Source: a virus (lineage: Duplodnaviria > Caudoviricetes). From it: DNA of 64,000 bases. Made by a program: the position numbers and the translations under genes. Positions 40,073 through 50,229 of the stretch are shown one piece after another (position 1 is the stretch's first letter; every line of letters begins with the position of its first letter). The stretch lies in IMG/VR virus record IMGVR_UViG_3300046167_000724. One strand, 5' to 3'. Below the pieces are notes generated by a model. That model did not search any database. It saw only the letters and a program-made list of their open reading frames with translations, and was not told the origin of the DNA.

Positions 40073-43000
40073 ATGGCAAGAATTTCATTAAAGGACCTAG
40101 CTGCCTTACAATCTGCCTTCAAACTTGCAAGTGTTGATGCAGCTTCATTAAAAAGCCGCTTCAATAAAGATGCAAAGAAGACAAGTGGTAACACAGCAGC
40201 TCCTGGTACATATGGCGCAAATGAGACGTATGTGCAAATTAACGAGCTAGGACCGGTTGTATCAGATCTTGTTGATGGTGTTAAAGCTCTAGAAACAGAG
40301 ATAGCAGACATCCACAGATTCTTAGAAGGACAATTAGGTTTAGATGCAAATAACATGAGTCTACCACCACTTATTTATGCTGAAAAGTCAAATGGTGAGG
40401 TAGTAGTAGTTTTTGATGCTGATGGTAATTTACCTTCAATTTTAAAGACAATCCAACCAGAAGATGGTACATTAACTATATCTGGCGATTTATCAGTTTC
40501 TGGTACTCTTACAGGTCCAGGTGCTGACGGTCTTAATGTAGGTGATATTACATTAGGCGCAAACAATCAAATTTCATTCGGTGATGTTACAAATACATTT
40601 ATCGGTGCAAATACAAACACACCAGAAGATTTAGAAATCCATGCAGATGGTAATTTATATTTAAGACCAGATGGTGCAGTATATGTTGGTTCTTCACCAG
40701 TTATTAGTGCATCAGGTAGATGGATTGGTACTTCTGATGGTATTAAAGGTCAAAAAGGTCAAACTGGTGCTACTGGTTCTACAGGAGCAACTGGTCCTCA
40801 AGGTGCTCAAGGTGCTACTGGAGCAACTGGTGCTCAAGGACCTCAAGGTATCAAAGGTGATACAGGTGCTAAAGGTAATCAAGGTGCTCAAGGTGCTGTT
40901 GGTGCTAGAGGTGCTGCGGGTGCTAATGGTACATCAGGTTCATCAGGTACTTCAGGTACATCAGGTGTAAATGGTGCTCAAGGACCTCAAGGTGTTAAAG
41001 GTAATCCAGGTGCAAATGGTACTTCAGGTACATCAGGTGTAAATGGTGCTCAAGGACCTCAAGGTCAAAAAGGCCAAACTGGTAACCAAGGTGCTCAAGG
41101 TCCACAGGGACCTCAAGGTATCAAAGGTGATACAGGTGCTAAAGGTAATCAAGGTGCTGTTGGTGCTACTGGTGCTACTGGTGCTCAAGGTGCTGCGGGT
41201 GCTAAAGGTCAAACTGGTGCTACAGGTTTACAAGGCGCTCAAGGTGCTCAAGGTGCTCAAGGTGCTAAAGGTAATGCGGGTAATAATGGTACTTCGGGTA
41301 CTTCAGGTACATCAGGTGTAAATGGTGCTCAAGGTTATCAAGGACCTAAAGGCCAAAAAGGTCAAACAGGTGCAACAGGTGGCGGTGGTGCTACAGGTGC
41401 TACAGGTTCGCAAGGTGCACAAGGTGCTCAAGGTTACCAAGGACCAATTGGTGCTAAAGGTAATGCGGGTAATAATGGTACTTCAGGTACTTCAGGTACA
41501 TCAGGTGTAAATGGTGCTCAAGGTTATCAAGGTGTCAAAGGTGCTACAGGTGCTAAGGGTAACACTGGTAATACTGGCCCTATCGGGCCTCAAGGTGCTC
41601 AAGGTGCTCAAGGTTACCAAGGTAATCAAGGTGCTCAAGGTGCTGCGGGTGTTGATGGTATTTCAGGTACATCAGGTGTTGATGGCGCTACAGGTGCTAT
41701 GGGTGCACAAGGACCACAAGGACCTCAAGGTCAAAAAGGCCAAACTGGTAATCAAGGTGCTCAAGGTGCTGTTGGTGCTCAAGGTGCTGTTGGTGCTAAA
41801 GGCCAAAAAGGTCAAACAGGTGCAACAGGTGGCGGTGGTGCTACAGGTGCTACAGGTGCACAAGGTGCTCAAGGTGCTCAAGGTTATCAAGGACCACAAG
41901 GTATCAAAGGCCAAACTGGTAATCAAGGTGCTCAAGGTGCTGTTGGTGCTCAAGGTGCTGCAGGTGCTAAAGGCCAAAAAGGTCAAACAGGTAATACTGG
42001 ACCAGGCGGTGGTACAGGTGCTACAGGTGCTCAAGGTGCTCAAGGTGCTCAAGGTTATCAAGGACCACAAGGTATCAAAGGTCAAACAGGTGCTACAGGT
42101 GCTCAAGGTGCTGTTGGTGCTCAAGGTTATCAAGGACCTAAAGGCCAGAAAGGTCAAACAGGTAATACTGGACCAGGTGGTGGTACAGGTGCTACAGGTG
42201 CTCAAGGTGCTCAAGGTGCTCAAGGTTACCAAGGTATCAAAGGTGCTACAGGTGCTAAAGGTAATGTAGGTAATACTGGTGCTCAAGGGCCACAGGGTCC
42301 TGGTGGACCAGGTGGTGGTACAGGTGCTACAGGTGCTCAAGGTGCTCAAGGTGCTCAAGGTTACCAAGGTATCAAAGGTGCTACAGGTGCTAAAGGTAAT
42401 GTAGGTAATACTGGTGCTCAAGGGCCACAGGGTCCTGGTGGACCAGGTGGTGGTACAGGTGCTACAGGTGCTCAAGGTGCTCAAGGTGCTCAAGGTGCTA
42501 CAGGTGTTAAAGGTGCTACAGGTGCTACAGGTGCTCAAGGTGCTCAAGGTTATCAAGGATCTAAAGGCCAAAAAGGCCAAAAAGGTCAAACAGGTGCAAC
42601 AGGTGGCGGTGGTGCTACAGGTGCTGTAGGTGCTCAAGGTGCTCAAGGTGCTCAAGGTTATCAAGGTATCAAAGGTGCTACAGGTGCTAAAGGTAATACT
42701 GGTAATAATGGTGCTCAAGGGCCACAGGGTCCTGGTGGACCAGGTGGTGGTAGGTGCTCAAGGTGCTCAAGGTGCTCAAGGTGCTCAAGGTGCTCAAGGT
42801 GCTCAAGGTGCTACAGGTGTTAAAGGTCAAACAGGTGCTAAAGGTAATACTGGTAATACTGGACCAGGTGGTTCAACTGGACCTCAAGGTGCTAAAGGTG
42901 CTACGGGTGCAGTATACGGTTCAATGTCATGGCCGGTTAACGAAGTTGGATACGGCGGCGGCGGTGATAAACTTTCAGTTACTAACACTGGACCAATTGC

Positions 43001-43382
43001 AGGTACTATTAATCCAGGTGTAAATCCAGGTACAGGAGACCTTCAAGAGGTAGGATTTACTTCTACTGTAAATGGTCTATTCATGGTTAACTATAACGTA
43101 ACATTTAGGTCTGATTATGCAAACAGATCATGTTTTGGTCTAGTTGCTAAATCAGGTGACCCAAGGGGTACAAATTCGACTATTTACGGATCGGGTAACG
43201 TACAATACTTTAGGTATAACACGTATGGTCAGTTTAGTACTCTTTCAGCTTCATTTATTATGGATGTTGCAGTGGGTCAGAATATCTGGTTTGAAACAGT
43301 ACTACTTAACGGCGGCGGTCCATGGGCAGTTGTTTCTTTAGGTGGTGCTCCCGGTTCAGTAACAATTACAAGAATTGCATAA
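40073..43382 (+). CDS. Collagen-like fibre protein 3 with C1q/BclA-like C-terminal head; frameshift at ~42752
   Basis: Start MARISL at 40073; long Lys-rich Gly-X-Y tract; collagen frame resumes in ORF 42630-43382, ending [35 protein letters not shown]. Confidence 0.85.
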
Positions 43383-43401
43383 AAAATAACTATTAAATAT
43401 T

Positions 43402-43590
43402 ATGACAACAGTTAATTATTACATTGAAGACTTAGCTACTGGTTTGGTAGTTATGAGAATTGGCGAGATGAAGCAATTTATTTCAAGTGAAGATGCTAAA
43501 GTATTCACATCTTATGATGCGGCACTTACACACATCGACACTCTAGCTAATGGTGATTATAGAATCTTTTCTAGAATCGTTAAAGCATAA
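43402..43590 (+). CDS. Small hypothetical protein
   Basis: 62-aa ORF between fibre 3 and a terminator. Confidence 0.65.
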   Translation: MTTVNYYIEDLATGLVVMRIGEMKQFISSEDAKVFTSYDAALTHIDTLANGDYRIFSRIVKA

Positions 43591-43614
43591 TCTAAATAAG
43601 AATATGTATAATAC

Positions 43615-43641
43615 AAGGGCCCCTCATTGAGGGGCCTTTTT
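43615..43641 (+). terminator. Rho-independent terminator
   Basis: AAGGGCCCCTCA/TGAGGGGCCTT stem plus T tract. Confidence 0.85.
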
Positions 43642-43644
43642 ATT

Positions 43645-43674
43645 TGAAACAAATTTAATAATAACATGTATAAT
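43645..43674 (+). promoter_or_regulatory. Class II promoter TGAAAC-N18-TATAAT upstream of the oxygenase/GT operon
   Basis: Directly after the terminator, about 20 nt before ATG 43695. Confidence 0.65.
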
Positions 43675-43694
43675 AAGTAACAAACGTTATACAT

Positions 43695-44279
43695 ATGAAT
43701 ACAATGTTCGAACAACCTCAAAATGATCCACAACAGTATTATTATTTTGAAAAAGGTTTTACAAAACAACAATTAGATAAAATTTATAAAGACGTTGCTA
43801 AATTGCCAATTCAAAAAGCAACTACATTTTCTGATGATAATGACACAAGTGTTAGGTCATCTTCTGTTAAATGGATTCCACAAACAAAAGAGTGGTCATG
43901 GTTATATGAAATTTTAATGAATTATGCTGAAGTTGCAAATCAAGAACTTTGGAACTTTGATTTAATATCAGCACCTGAACTTATTCAATATACTGAATAT
44001 TATGATGTAGAGGGTGGACATTATGATTGGCATCAAGATATTGGACCTGGAATTGGTTCTACTCGAAAAGTATCAATTACAGTACAGCTTTCAGATGCAG
44101 ATGAATATGAAGGTGGTGACCTTGAATTTTATTATGGTGGTCAATCATATGTTGATGCACCCCGCGGCGCCGGTGTTGTAGTACTTTTCCCAAGTTATTT
44201 AATGCATAGAGTTTCTAAAGTAACTAAAGGTACTCGCAGATCTTTTGTTCTTTGGGTTGGTGGCCAACACTACAAATAA
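43695..44279 (+). CDS. 2OG-Fe(II) oxygenase (prolyl-4-hydroxylase-like)
   Basis: YDWHQD (HxD), RKVSITVQLS, YEGGDLEF, FPSYLMHRV (His), GTRRS (Arg). Confidence 0.9.
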   Translation: MNTMFEQPQNDPQQYYYFEKGFTKQQLDKIYKDVAKLPIQKATTFSDDNDTSVRSSSVKWIPQTKEWSWLYEILMNYAEVANQELWNFDLISAPELIQYTEYYDVEGGHYDWHQDIGPGIGSTRKVSITVQLSDADEYEGGDLEFYYGGQSYVDAPRGAGVVVLFPSYLMHRVSKVTKGTRRSFVLWVGGQHYK

Positions 44280-45287
44280 ATGAAAGTATTAATTTATATA
44301 GGTTACCAGGCAAAACAACTTGATTACAATGATTTTATTCAAGGTAATCATATTGGTGGTACTGAAATAGTTTCTTTAAAGTTAGCGGAAACATTAGTAA
44401 AGTATGGTATCGAAGCTTATTTTGGTGGTCAAATAAATAATGGTTTTCATAATGGTGTAGAATGGATTGATATATCACAATGTGGTTCTAAACACTTTGA
44501 TATGGTAATTTCATCAAGCTATTTACATTTTATAGATACAATTGATTCTAAATATAAGTTTTTGTGGCTACATAACACAGATTGGTATCCATGGAAAGAT
44601 GGTGAAGATATTTACAATATAGATTATATTAACCGATGGGACATGGACGGTTTAATTACATTAACACAATGGCATAAGGATTTTATGTTAAATAACTTCG
44701 GTATTAAAAAAGAGGTTCATGTAATTGGTAATTCAATTGACAGAAAAACGTTTAATAAAAAAGATAAGATTAGAGGTAGTTTTATTTACTCCTCAGCAGC
44801 TGAGCGTGGATTGTATAGATTACTACGTATGTGGCCTAAAGTTTTAGCAGTGATGCCACATGCAACTTTAAACGTGTTCTGTCCAGGGTACAGTAAGCCA
44901 AATGTTGAAATTTGGCCTGAAGGTGTAACTTACCACGGCACTGTTAGTCAAGATGTTTTACATGATTGGCAAATGAAGTCTGAATATTGGTTATACCCAA
45001 CAAGTTATGAAGAAACTTATTGTGTTACGGCTCTTGAAATGCAGTATGCTGGTGTTATTCCAATTACAACACCCGTTGCAGCATTAGGTGAAGTTGTCGG
45101 TGATAGAGGTGTTTTATTAAACCCTAATGAAACAGACGATGCGTTTGTAGATATAATAAAAGAATTAGAGCGTTCACCTGAACGTAAACAAAGATTAAGA
45201 GAAAAGGGTCATGAATGGGCTAAGCAACAGTCATGGAATATTAGAATTTTAGAATGGTTACAATTAATTAGGAAAAATGCAAATTGA
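44280..45287 (+). CDS. GT-B glycosyltransferase (GT4-like)
   Basis: IGGTEI, YSSAAERGL, YPTSYEETYCVTALEMQYAG (Ex7E-type motif). Confidence 0.88.
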   Translation: MKVLIYIGYQAKQLDYNDFIQGNHIGGTEIVSLKLAETLVKYGIEAYFGGQINNGFHNGVEWIDISQCGSKHFDMVISSSYLHFIDTIDSKYKFLWLHNTDWYPWKDGEDIYNIDYINRWDMDGLITLTQWHKDFMLNNFGIKKEVHVIGNSIDRKTFNKKDKIRGSFIYSSAAERGLYRLLRMWPKVLAVMPHATLNVFCPGYSKPNVEIWPEGVTYHGTVSQDVLHDWQMKSEYWLYPTSYEETYCVTALEMQYAGVIPITTPVAALGEVVGDRGVLLNPNETDDAFVDIIKELERSPERKQRLREKGHEWAKQQSWNIRILEWLQLIRKNAN

Positions 45288-46596
45288 TCATATTTATATT
45301 ATAAATCTCCGCAGTAGTGTTGAAAGTATTGTTGATAGATTAAATGACTTACAAATGCCAAGTGGTGTTCCGTATACTATAATTAATGGTATCAATGGTC
45401 GTAATTTAGTTACAGGTAAAACTCAACTTGATTGGGAATGGTCAGCTGCTGAATGGTGGAAAATAGAAGGTCATACAAATGAATGGTGGTCTAGGGATAT
45501 AAATGCAGCTGAAATAGGTTGTACATTATCACATACTATTGCATGGAATCAAGCAATTTTAGATAAAAGCAAGAACGCATTAATTCTTGAAGAAGATTTT
45601 AATACTAAAGGTAACGGTTGGCCAGCTCAAGAAATCTGGGACCAAATTCCTAGTGATTATGATTTATTTTATGTAGGTCGCCGTAGAGTTCCAGGGTATG
45701 AAGATATACCGTATTCTAAAGATATTGTAATATCAAATTATGTTTACAATTCACATGCATATGTGATTTCAGCAACTGGTATTAAAAAAGCACTCGCAGT
45801 CAATCCATCAATTGACATTATACCCATGGACGAATTAATTCCAGGACTTGCACGTATTCACCCAAGACCCGAAGTTAATGAAAGATTTAAAGCAGACAAT
45901 TTTTCAATATATGCGTTCAATTGCCCAAATTTACATTATGTTACACAGACAACAATTATGCAAAATTCAATATCAGAAGACTTTCCAATACTAAACACAA
46001 GTAATTGGGAAGCATGGACTCAAAGGTATGTAGCACCTGTAATGTTACAGAGGGATTATGAACTAATGACAGATGACTTGGGTCCTAATATTATAGAGTT
46101 CCCATTATTTACTGACACATTCTGTGAAGAGTTAATTCAATTAGCAGAATCTAAAGGTGAGTGGACAATGGGTCGTCATGAGTTTTATCCAACAAATGAC
46201 ATGTTAATGGAAACATTAGGCATGAAAGATATTTACACAAGAGTAATTCGTGAGTATGTTGCACCATTGGCAACTTGGTATTATACCTTAGAAGGTCAAG
46301 GTTGGGATGTTGTAGAAGATGAGACTTTTATTATACGTTACAGACCAGACCGTCAGGGCCAACTTTCAGTCCACCATGATTATTCATCTTACACAATTGG
46401 TGTAAAACTAAATGATGAGTTTGAAGGCGGTGGTACATATTTTCCTAAATATGGTGTAAACGCAATACCTAAACGTAATGGTAACGCATTTATGCACCCT
46501 GGAATGATTACCCATAGACATGGTGGTCGCCCAGTTTATTCAGGTACTCGCTATATTGCAGTATCATTTATCAAAAACACATCAATTTTAAAATAG
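45277..46596 (+). CDS. GT25 glycosyltransferase fused to a PLOD-type (lysyl hydroxylase-like) 2OG-Fe(II) oxygenase
   Basis: N-terminal IYIINL..EIGCTLSH..W..ALILEEDF..DLFYVGRR; C-terminal FPLFT..FCEELI..FIIRYRPDRQ..HHD.S.YT..LN..EGGG..HPG..THRH..GTRYIAVSF. Confidence 0.88.
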   Translation: MQIDHIYIINLRSSVESIVDRLNDLQMPSGVPYTIINGINGRNLVTGKTQLDWEWSAAEWWKIEGHTNEWWSRDINAAEIGCTLSHTIAWNQAILDKSKNALILEEDFNTKGNGWPAQEIWDQIPSDYDLFYVGRRRVPGYEDIPYSKDIVISNYVYNSHAYVISATGIKKALAVNPSIDIIPMDELIPGLARIHPRPEVNERFKADNFSIYAFNCPNLHYVTQTTIMQNSISEDFPILNTSNWEAWTQRYVAPVMLQRDYELMTDDLGPNIIEFPLFTDTFCEELIQLAESKGEWTMGRHEFYPTNDMLMETLGMKDIYTRVIREYVAPLATWYYTLEGQGWDVVEDETFIIRYRPDRQGQLSVHHDYSSYTIGVKLNDEFEGGGTYFPKYGVNAIPKRNGNAFMHPGMITHRHGGRPVYSGTRYIAVSFIKNTSILK

Positions 46597-46597
46597 A

Positions 46598-47023
46598 ATG
46601 AAGAAAGAAATTAAACTACAATCAAGTCAAGGTGATGACGGTCAATTAGTAAGTCCTGGACTTCCAGATGGTGTTAAGAATTACTTAATTGATATAGACG
46701 GTACAGTCACCGATGATGTACCTAATGAGGAACCAGAAAGAATGGCGGTTGTACAGCCATTTCCAGATGCTTTAGAAATCCTAAATAAATGGTACGATGA
46801 AGGTCATGTAATCACATTCTTTACATCAAGGACTGAAGAAGTACGTGATATCACAGAAACATGGTTAGACAAACATGGTTTTAAATATCATGGTCTTTTA
46901 ATGGGTAAACCACGTGGTGGAAATTACCATTGGGTTGACAATCATGTTGTAAAAGCTACTAGATATGTTGATAAATGGACAGATTTAGTAGAACGAGAAA
47001 AAACTATTGAAGTTTTTGAATAA
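46598..47023 (+). CDS. HAD-superfamily phosphatase
   Basis: LIDIDGT motif I, FFTSR motif II, MGKP. Confidence 0.85.
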   Translation: MKKEIKLQSSQGDDGQLVSPGLPDGVKNYLIDIDGTVTDDVPNEEPERMAVVQPFPDALEILNKWYDEGHVITFFTSRTEEVRDITETWLDKHGFKYHGLLMGKPRGGNYHWVDNHVVKATRYVDKWTDLVEREKTIEVFE

Positions 47024-47046
47024 AAGAGGCCCTGAACGGGCCTCTT
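47024..47046 (+). terminator. Terminator hairpin
   Basis: AAGAGGCCC-TGAAC-GGGCCTCTT. Confidence 0.75.
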
Positions 47047-47096
47047 ACTGTTTAATACCGATATATAAAACAGAAAGAAAAAGATAATTTTATATA

Positions 47097-49109
47097 ATGG
47101 CAAACAAAATAAAATATAATTCAGGGATTGATGCAAATGCTCTAAATATTGGCAGTTGGTCAGTAGGTTCTGGTTTAGGAATGGGTCCTTCAGCTTCAAC
47201 TGGATTCAAGAATGGTATTGATATACCAGAGGGTGGTTATGCTGTATATTCAGATAATATTTCAACTCGGATAGCGCTTAACGATAATGATCTTATTAGC
47301 ATTATTAATAAATTAAGTTCAGCACCAGTACAGTGGTATACATTGTATGCAATAACTTATCCTGAAAGTTCATATGCACCTGCTAATAGAGATGGTATTA
47401 CACCGGGTTTTGATAATATAACAGGTAGTAAATTATATGATGCAAGTAGAGATTTAAACTATTATGTATTTGATGAAGATACAAATACATGGTTAGATAA
47501 TTCTTGGTTTAATGGTGAAAGAATTGACGGCCACTGTTACGATACTTATGACGGCGCTCCGAACCAACACGCTACGTTTCAAGCAGATTATGATAACATT
47601 AAAGCTAATTTTCCAAATGCAACACATATTGTAATAGGTTCACATGCAGCTGAAAGAAATACAGCAACTACAGGTACCGCAGATAGACTTAAAGAAATAG
47701 GTTTACCACAAAGGCATATAGATGAAGGGGGTAGGCCTGAATATATTTTAGTAGGTAAGGTTAATGAACCGGCCCATCAAATTTATGTTAAAGAAAACGT
47801 AAACTGGGCAGTTGCTCATTTAAATTTAGCACTTCCACTTACCGGTAGAAGAGCAACAACAATTCAAGAAGCATTAGACTGGGCTAGAGATAATAATGTT
47901 TTGGTTTTAAATAGACATATTGATAACACGGTTAAAGACGGTCTAAAACTATATTTAGATGCCGGGGCCGTTACATCGTATCCTAAGGGTGGTAATAAAT
48001 TTTACGATTTATCAGGTAGTAATAATCACCACAATGTAGTAAATAACCCGGTAAATAATGGTAGAGACTTTACACTAAACGAAACTCAAGGTTTTAATAT
48101 CTCAAATGCTGCAACTAAGTCTACTAATAGTACAGTTGTTATGTGGTACAAAACAACAGATAGTCAAGAATTATGGGTAAGAGGTGACTCAGGTTCTGAA
48201 TACCTTGCTGCGTCGTATTCAAATGGTAATTATTATCATGATAGTGTGGGTTCTCCAACATATTATTCTGATTTAAATAATGTAGTTAATCCTAATACAC
48301 AAGGTGTTAGAGACGGTAGATATCATATGGTAGAAGCTAAAAATGTTAACTTTAGTGCTTGGGATTCTATGAACTGGTTTTTATATGGTTCTTCATGGAA
48401 CATGAATGGCTCAGTTGCTAAAATAATGGTATATGATAGACCACTTACAACAGCTGAGTCTAGCCAAAACTATTATGGAGGTCCTATTATCACTAGGAAC
48501 TTACAACAACATTATGATTTTAGTAATCTTGTATGTTATGAAACGGGCCAAAATGAAATTAGAAATCTTGTAAATCTATCACAGTCTTCTGCAATTACAA
48601 ATACAGCATCGGCTATTTCTTATAATAACCAGATGGGTTATTTAGAGTGGACCGGAGATTCTAATGCGTATATTGATATTCCAGATACTGGTAATATGGC
48701 TACATTCTCACTTTCTACTTGGGTTTGGAATGACCCTACTGGTGCAAATTCAAGACACTCTATTCTTAGAAATTTCTGGGAAATTGTAGATACATCTATT
48801 CAATTCTGGTCTTATAGTTTTGATAACGATTATTGGAGATCTTCTGGTAATGGTGCAGTACCATATAATGAATGGACACACATTACTACAACATGGGATG
48901 GTTCTGTAATTAGGCATTATATTAATGGTGTGCTTTACTGGACTGACTCAAATACTTCGGGTGGTACTTCTGAAAACATGTATCATTTCGGTGGATACGG
49001 TGGTAGAATGCTTGATGGTAAATATGCAACTCTGTCAATTTATAACGACACGCTTACAGATCAAGAAATTTTAGATAACTATAACGCACATGCTGCTAGA
49101 TTTAAATAA
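47097..49109 (+). CDS. Virion protein with two LamG/ConA-like domains
   Basis: LKLYLDAG..SYP..G..FYDLSG, VAKIMVYDRPLTTAE, WTHITTTWDGS..YING..LSIYNDTLTDQEI; preceded by GATATATA. Confidence 0.8.
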   Translation: MANKIKYNSGIDANALNIGSWSVGSGLGMGPSASTGFKNGIDIPEGGYAVYSDNISTRIALNDNDLISIINKLSSAPVQWYTLYAITYPESSYAPANRDGITPGFDNITGSKLYDASRDLNYYVFDEDTNTWLDNSWFNGERIDGHCYDTYDGAPNQHATFQADYDNIKANFPNATHIVIGSHAAERNTATTGTADRLKEIGLPQRHIDEGGRPEYILVGKVNEPAHQIYVKENVNWAVAHLNLALPLTGRRATTIQEALDWARDNNVLVLNRHIDNTVKDGLKLYLDAGAVTSYPKGGNKFYDLSGSNNHHNVVNNPVNNGRDFTLNETQGFNISNAATKSTNSTVVMWYKTTDSQELWVRGDSGSEYLAASYSNGNYYHDSVGSPTYYSDLNNVVNPNTQGVRDGRYHMVEAKNVNFSAWDSMNWFLYGSSWNMNGSVAKIMVYDRPLTTAESSQNYYGGPIITRNLQQHYDFSNLVCYETGQNEIRNLVNLSQSSAITNTASAISYNNQMGYLEWTGDSNAYIDIPDTGNMATFSLSTWVWNDPTGANSRHSILRNFWEIVDTSIQFWSYSFDNDYWRSSGNGAVPYNEWTHITTTWDGSVIRHYINGVLYWTDSNTSGGTSENMYHFGGYGGRMLDGKYATLSIYNDTLTDQEILDNYNAHAARFK

Positions 49110-49120
49110 TATAAATTAAT

Positions 49121-49450
49121 ATGGACTACAAAGACACAATGAAATTTATGGCTATCAACATATGGATTCACCATATGCAAATTGATGAGATGTTTGATTT
49201 TCTTTCAGGGAGAATAGATACGCCACCGCCGTATTGGTATAATCATGAAGAGTGTCCATATACTGTAACGGGTGGCTATACAAAAATCTCAATACCGTAT
49301 GGTCAATTTACAGAACTACGTTCAATTCAAGATTGGGCTGACCCTTTTACAATTTATAATCCTGTTGAAAGAGCACAAGAATGGTCTAATTGGGACGATA
49401 GTATTAAGGGTGGTTATGATGATGACCATGAAGATTTTATAGATTTATAA
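49121..49450 (+). CDS. Hypothetical protein
   Basis: 109-aa ORF in the same run of genes. Confidence 0.65.
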   Translation: MDYKDTMKFMAINIWIHHMQIDEMFDFLSGRIDTPPPYWYNHEECPYTVTGGYTKISIPYGQFTELRSIQDWADPFTIYNPVERAQEWSNWDDSIKGGYDDDHEDFIDL

Positions 49451-49497
49451 TAAACTTTTTATATATTTAGCGTATAATAGTTGTAAAAATATATTAT

Positions 49498-50229
49498 ATG
49501 TTTAGTGAAGCTTCAATTAAAAACATGTTGTTTATCGATGTAGAGACCACATCGTCCCACAAAGATTATGCAGCATTACAATCCGAAAATCCAGTGCTTG
49601 CCAGTCATTGGCCTAAGAAAGCAAAACTTATAGTTAGCCCTAAAGCGGGTAAACCGGAGCTTGCGCATTTAAGTGATGAAGAGCTTTATGCACATGAATC
49701 ACCACTTTATACTGAATTTTCTAAAATAGTAACAGTATCTATAGGTCAGGTCGTGTTCGGCGATGATGGTCAACCTCAATTCAAAGTGAAGTCATATTAT
49801 GCAGATGATGAGTTCACTATCTTAGAAGGTCTTAATAAGGCTTTATTTGCGCTCTTCCAAAGAAACCCTAATTTAAAGATTGTTGGACATAATGTCTTAG
49901 GTTTTGATATGCCTTTGATACTCAGGAAGTTTGTACTACATGGTCTTGAAATTCCACGTCAATTAATGTTACATGATATTAAACCATGGGACAGTTGTCT
50001 TATTGATACAAATGCAATCTGGAAGTTTGGTTCTTGGATTGGATGTACTTTAGATTTACTTTGTGCTAATTTGGGCATACCAAGTCCAAAGCAAGATATT
50101 GGTGGCCATGAAGTAAGTGAGGCTTATTGGGAGCGTCAAGAACTTGAGCGTATTAAAACGTATTGTGAAAACGATGTAAAGGCAACCGCAAACGTTATTT
50201 TAAAAATGTCTAGAATGCCGTTAGTATGA
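49498..50229 (+). CDS. 3'-5' exonuclease (DEDD/PolB-exo-like)
   Basis: LFIDVET, VGHNVLGFDMP, YCENDV. Confidence 0.88.
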   Translation: MFSEASIKNMLFIDVETTSSHKDYAALQSENPVLASHWPKKAKLIVSPKAGKPELAHLSDEELYAHESPLYTEFSKIVTVSIGQVVFGDDGQPQFKVKSYYADDEFTILEGLNKALFALFQRNPNLKIVGHNVLGFDMPLILRKFVLHGLEIPRQLMLHDIKPWDSCLIDTNAIWKFGSWIGCTLDLLCANLGIPSPKQDIGGHEVSEAYWERQELERIKTYCENDVKATANVILKMSRMPLV

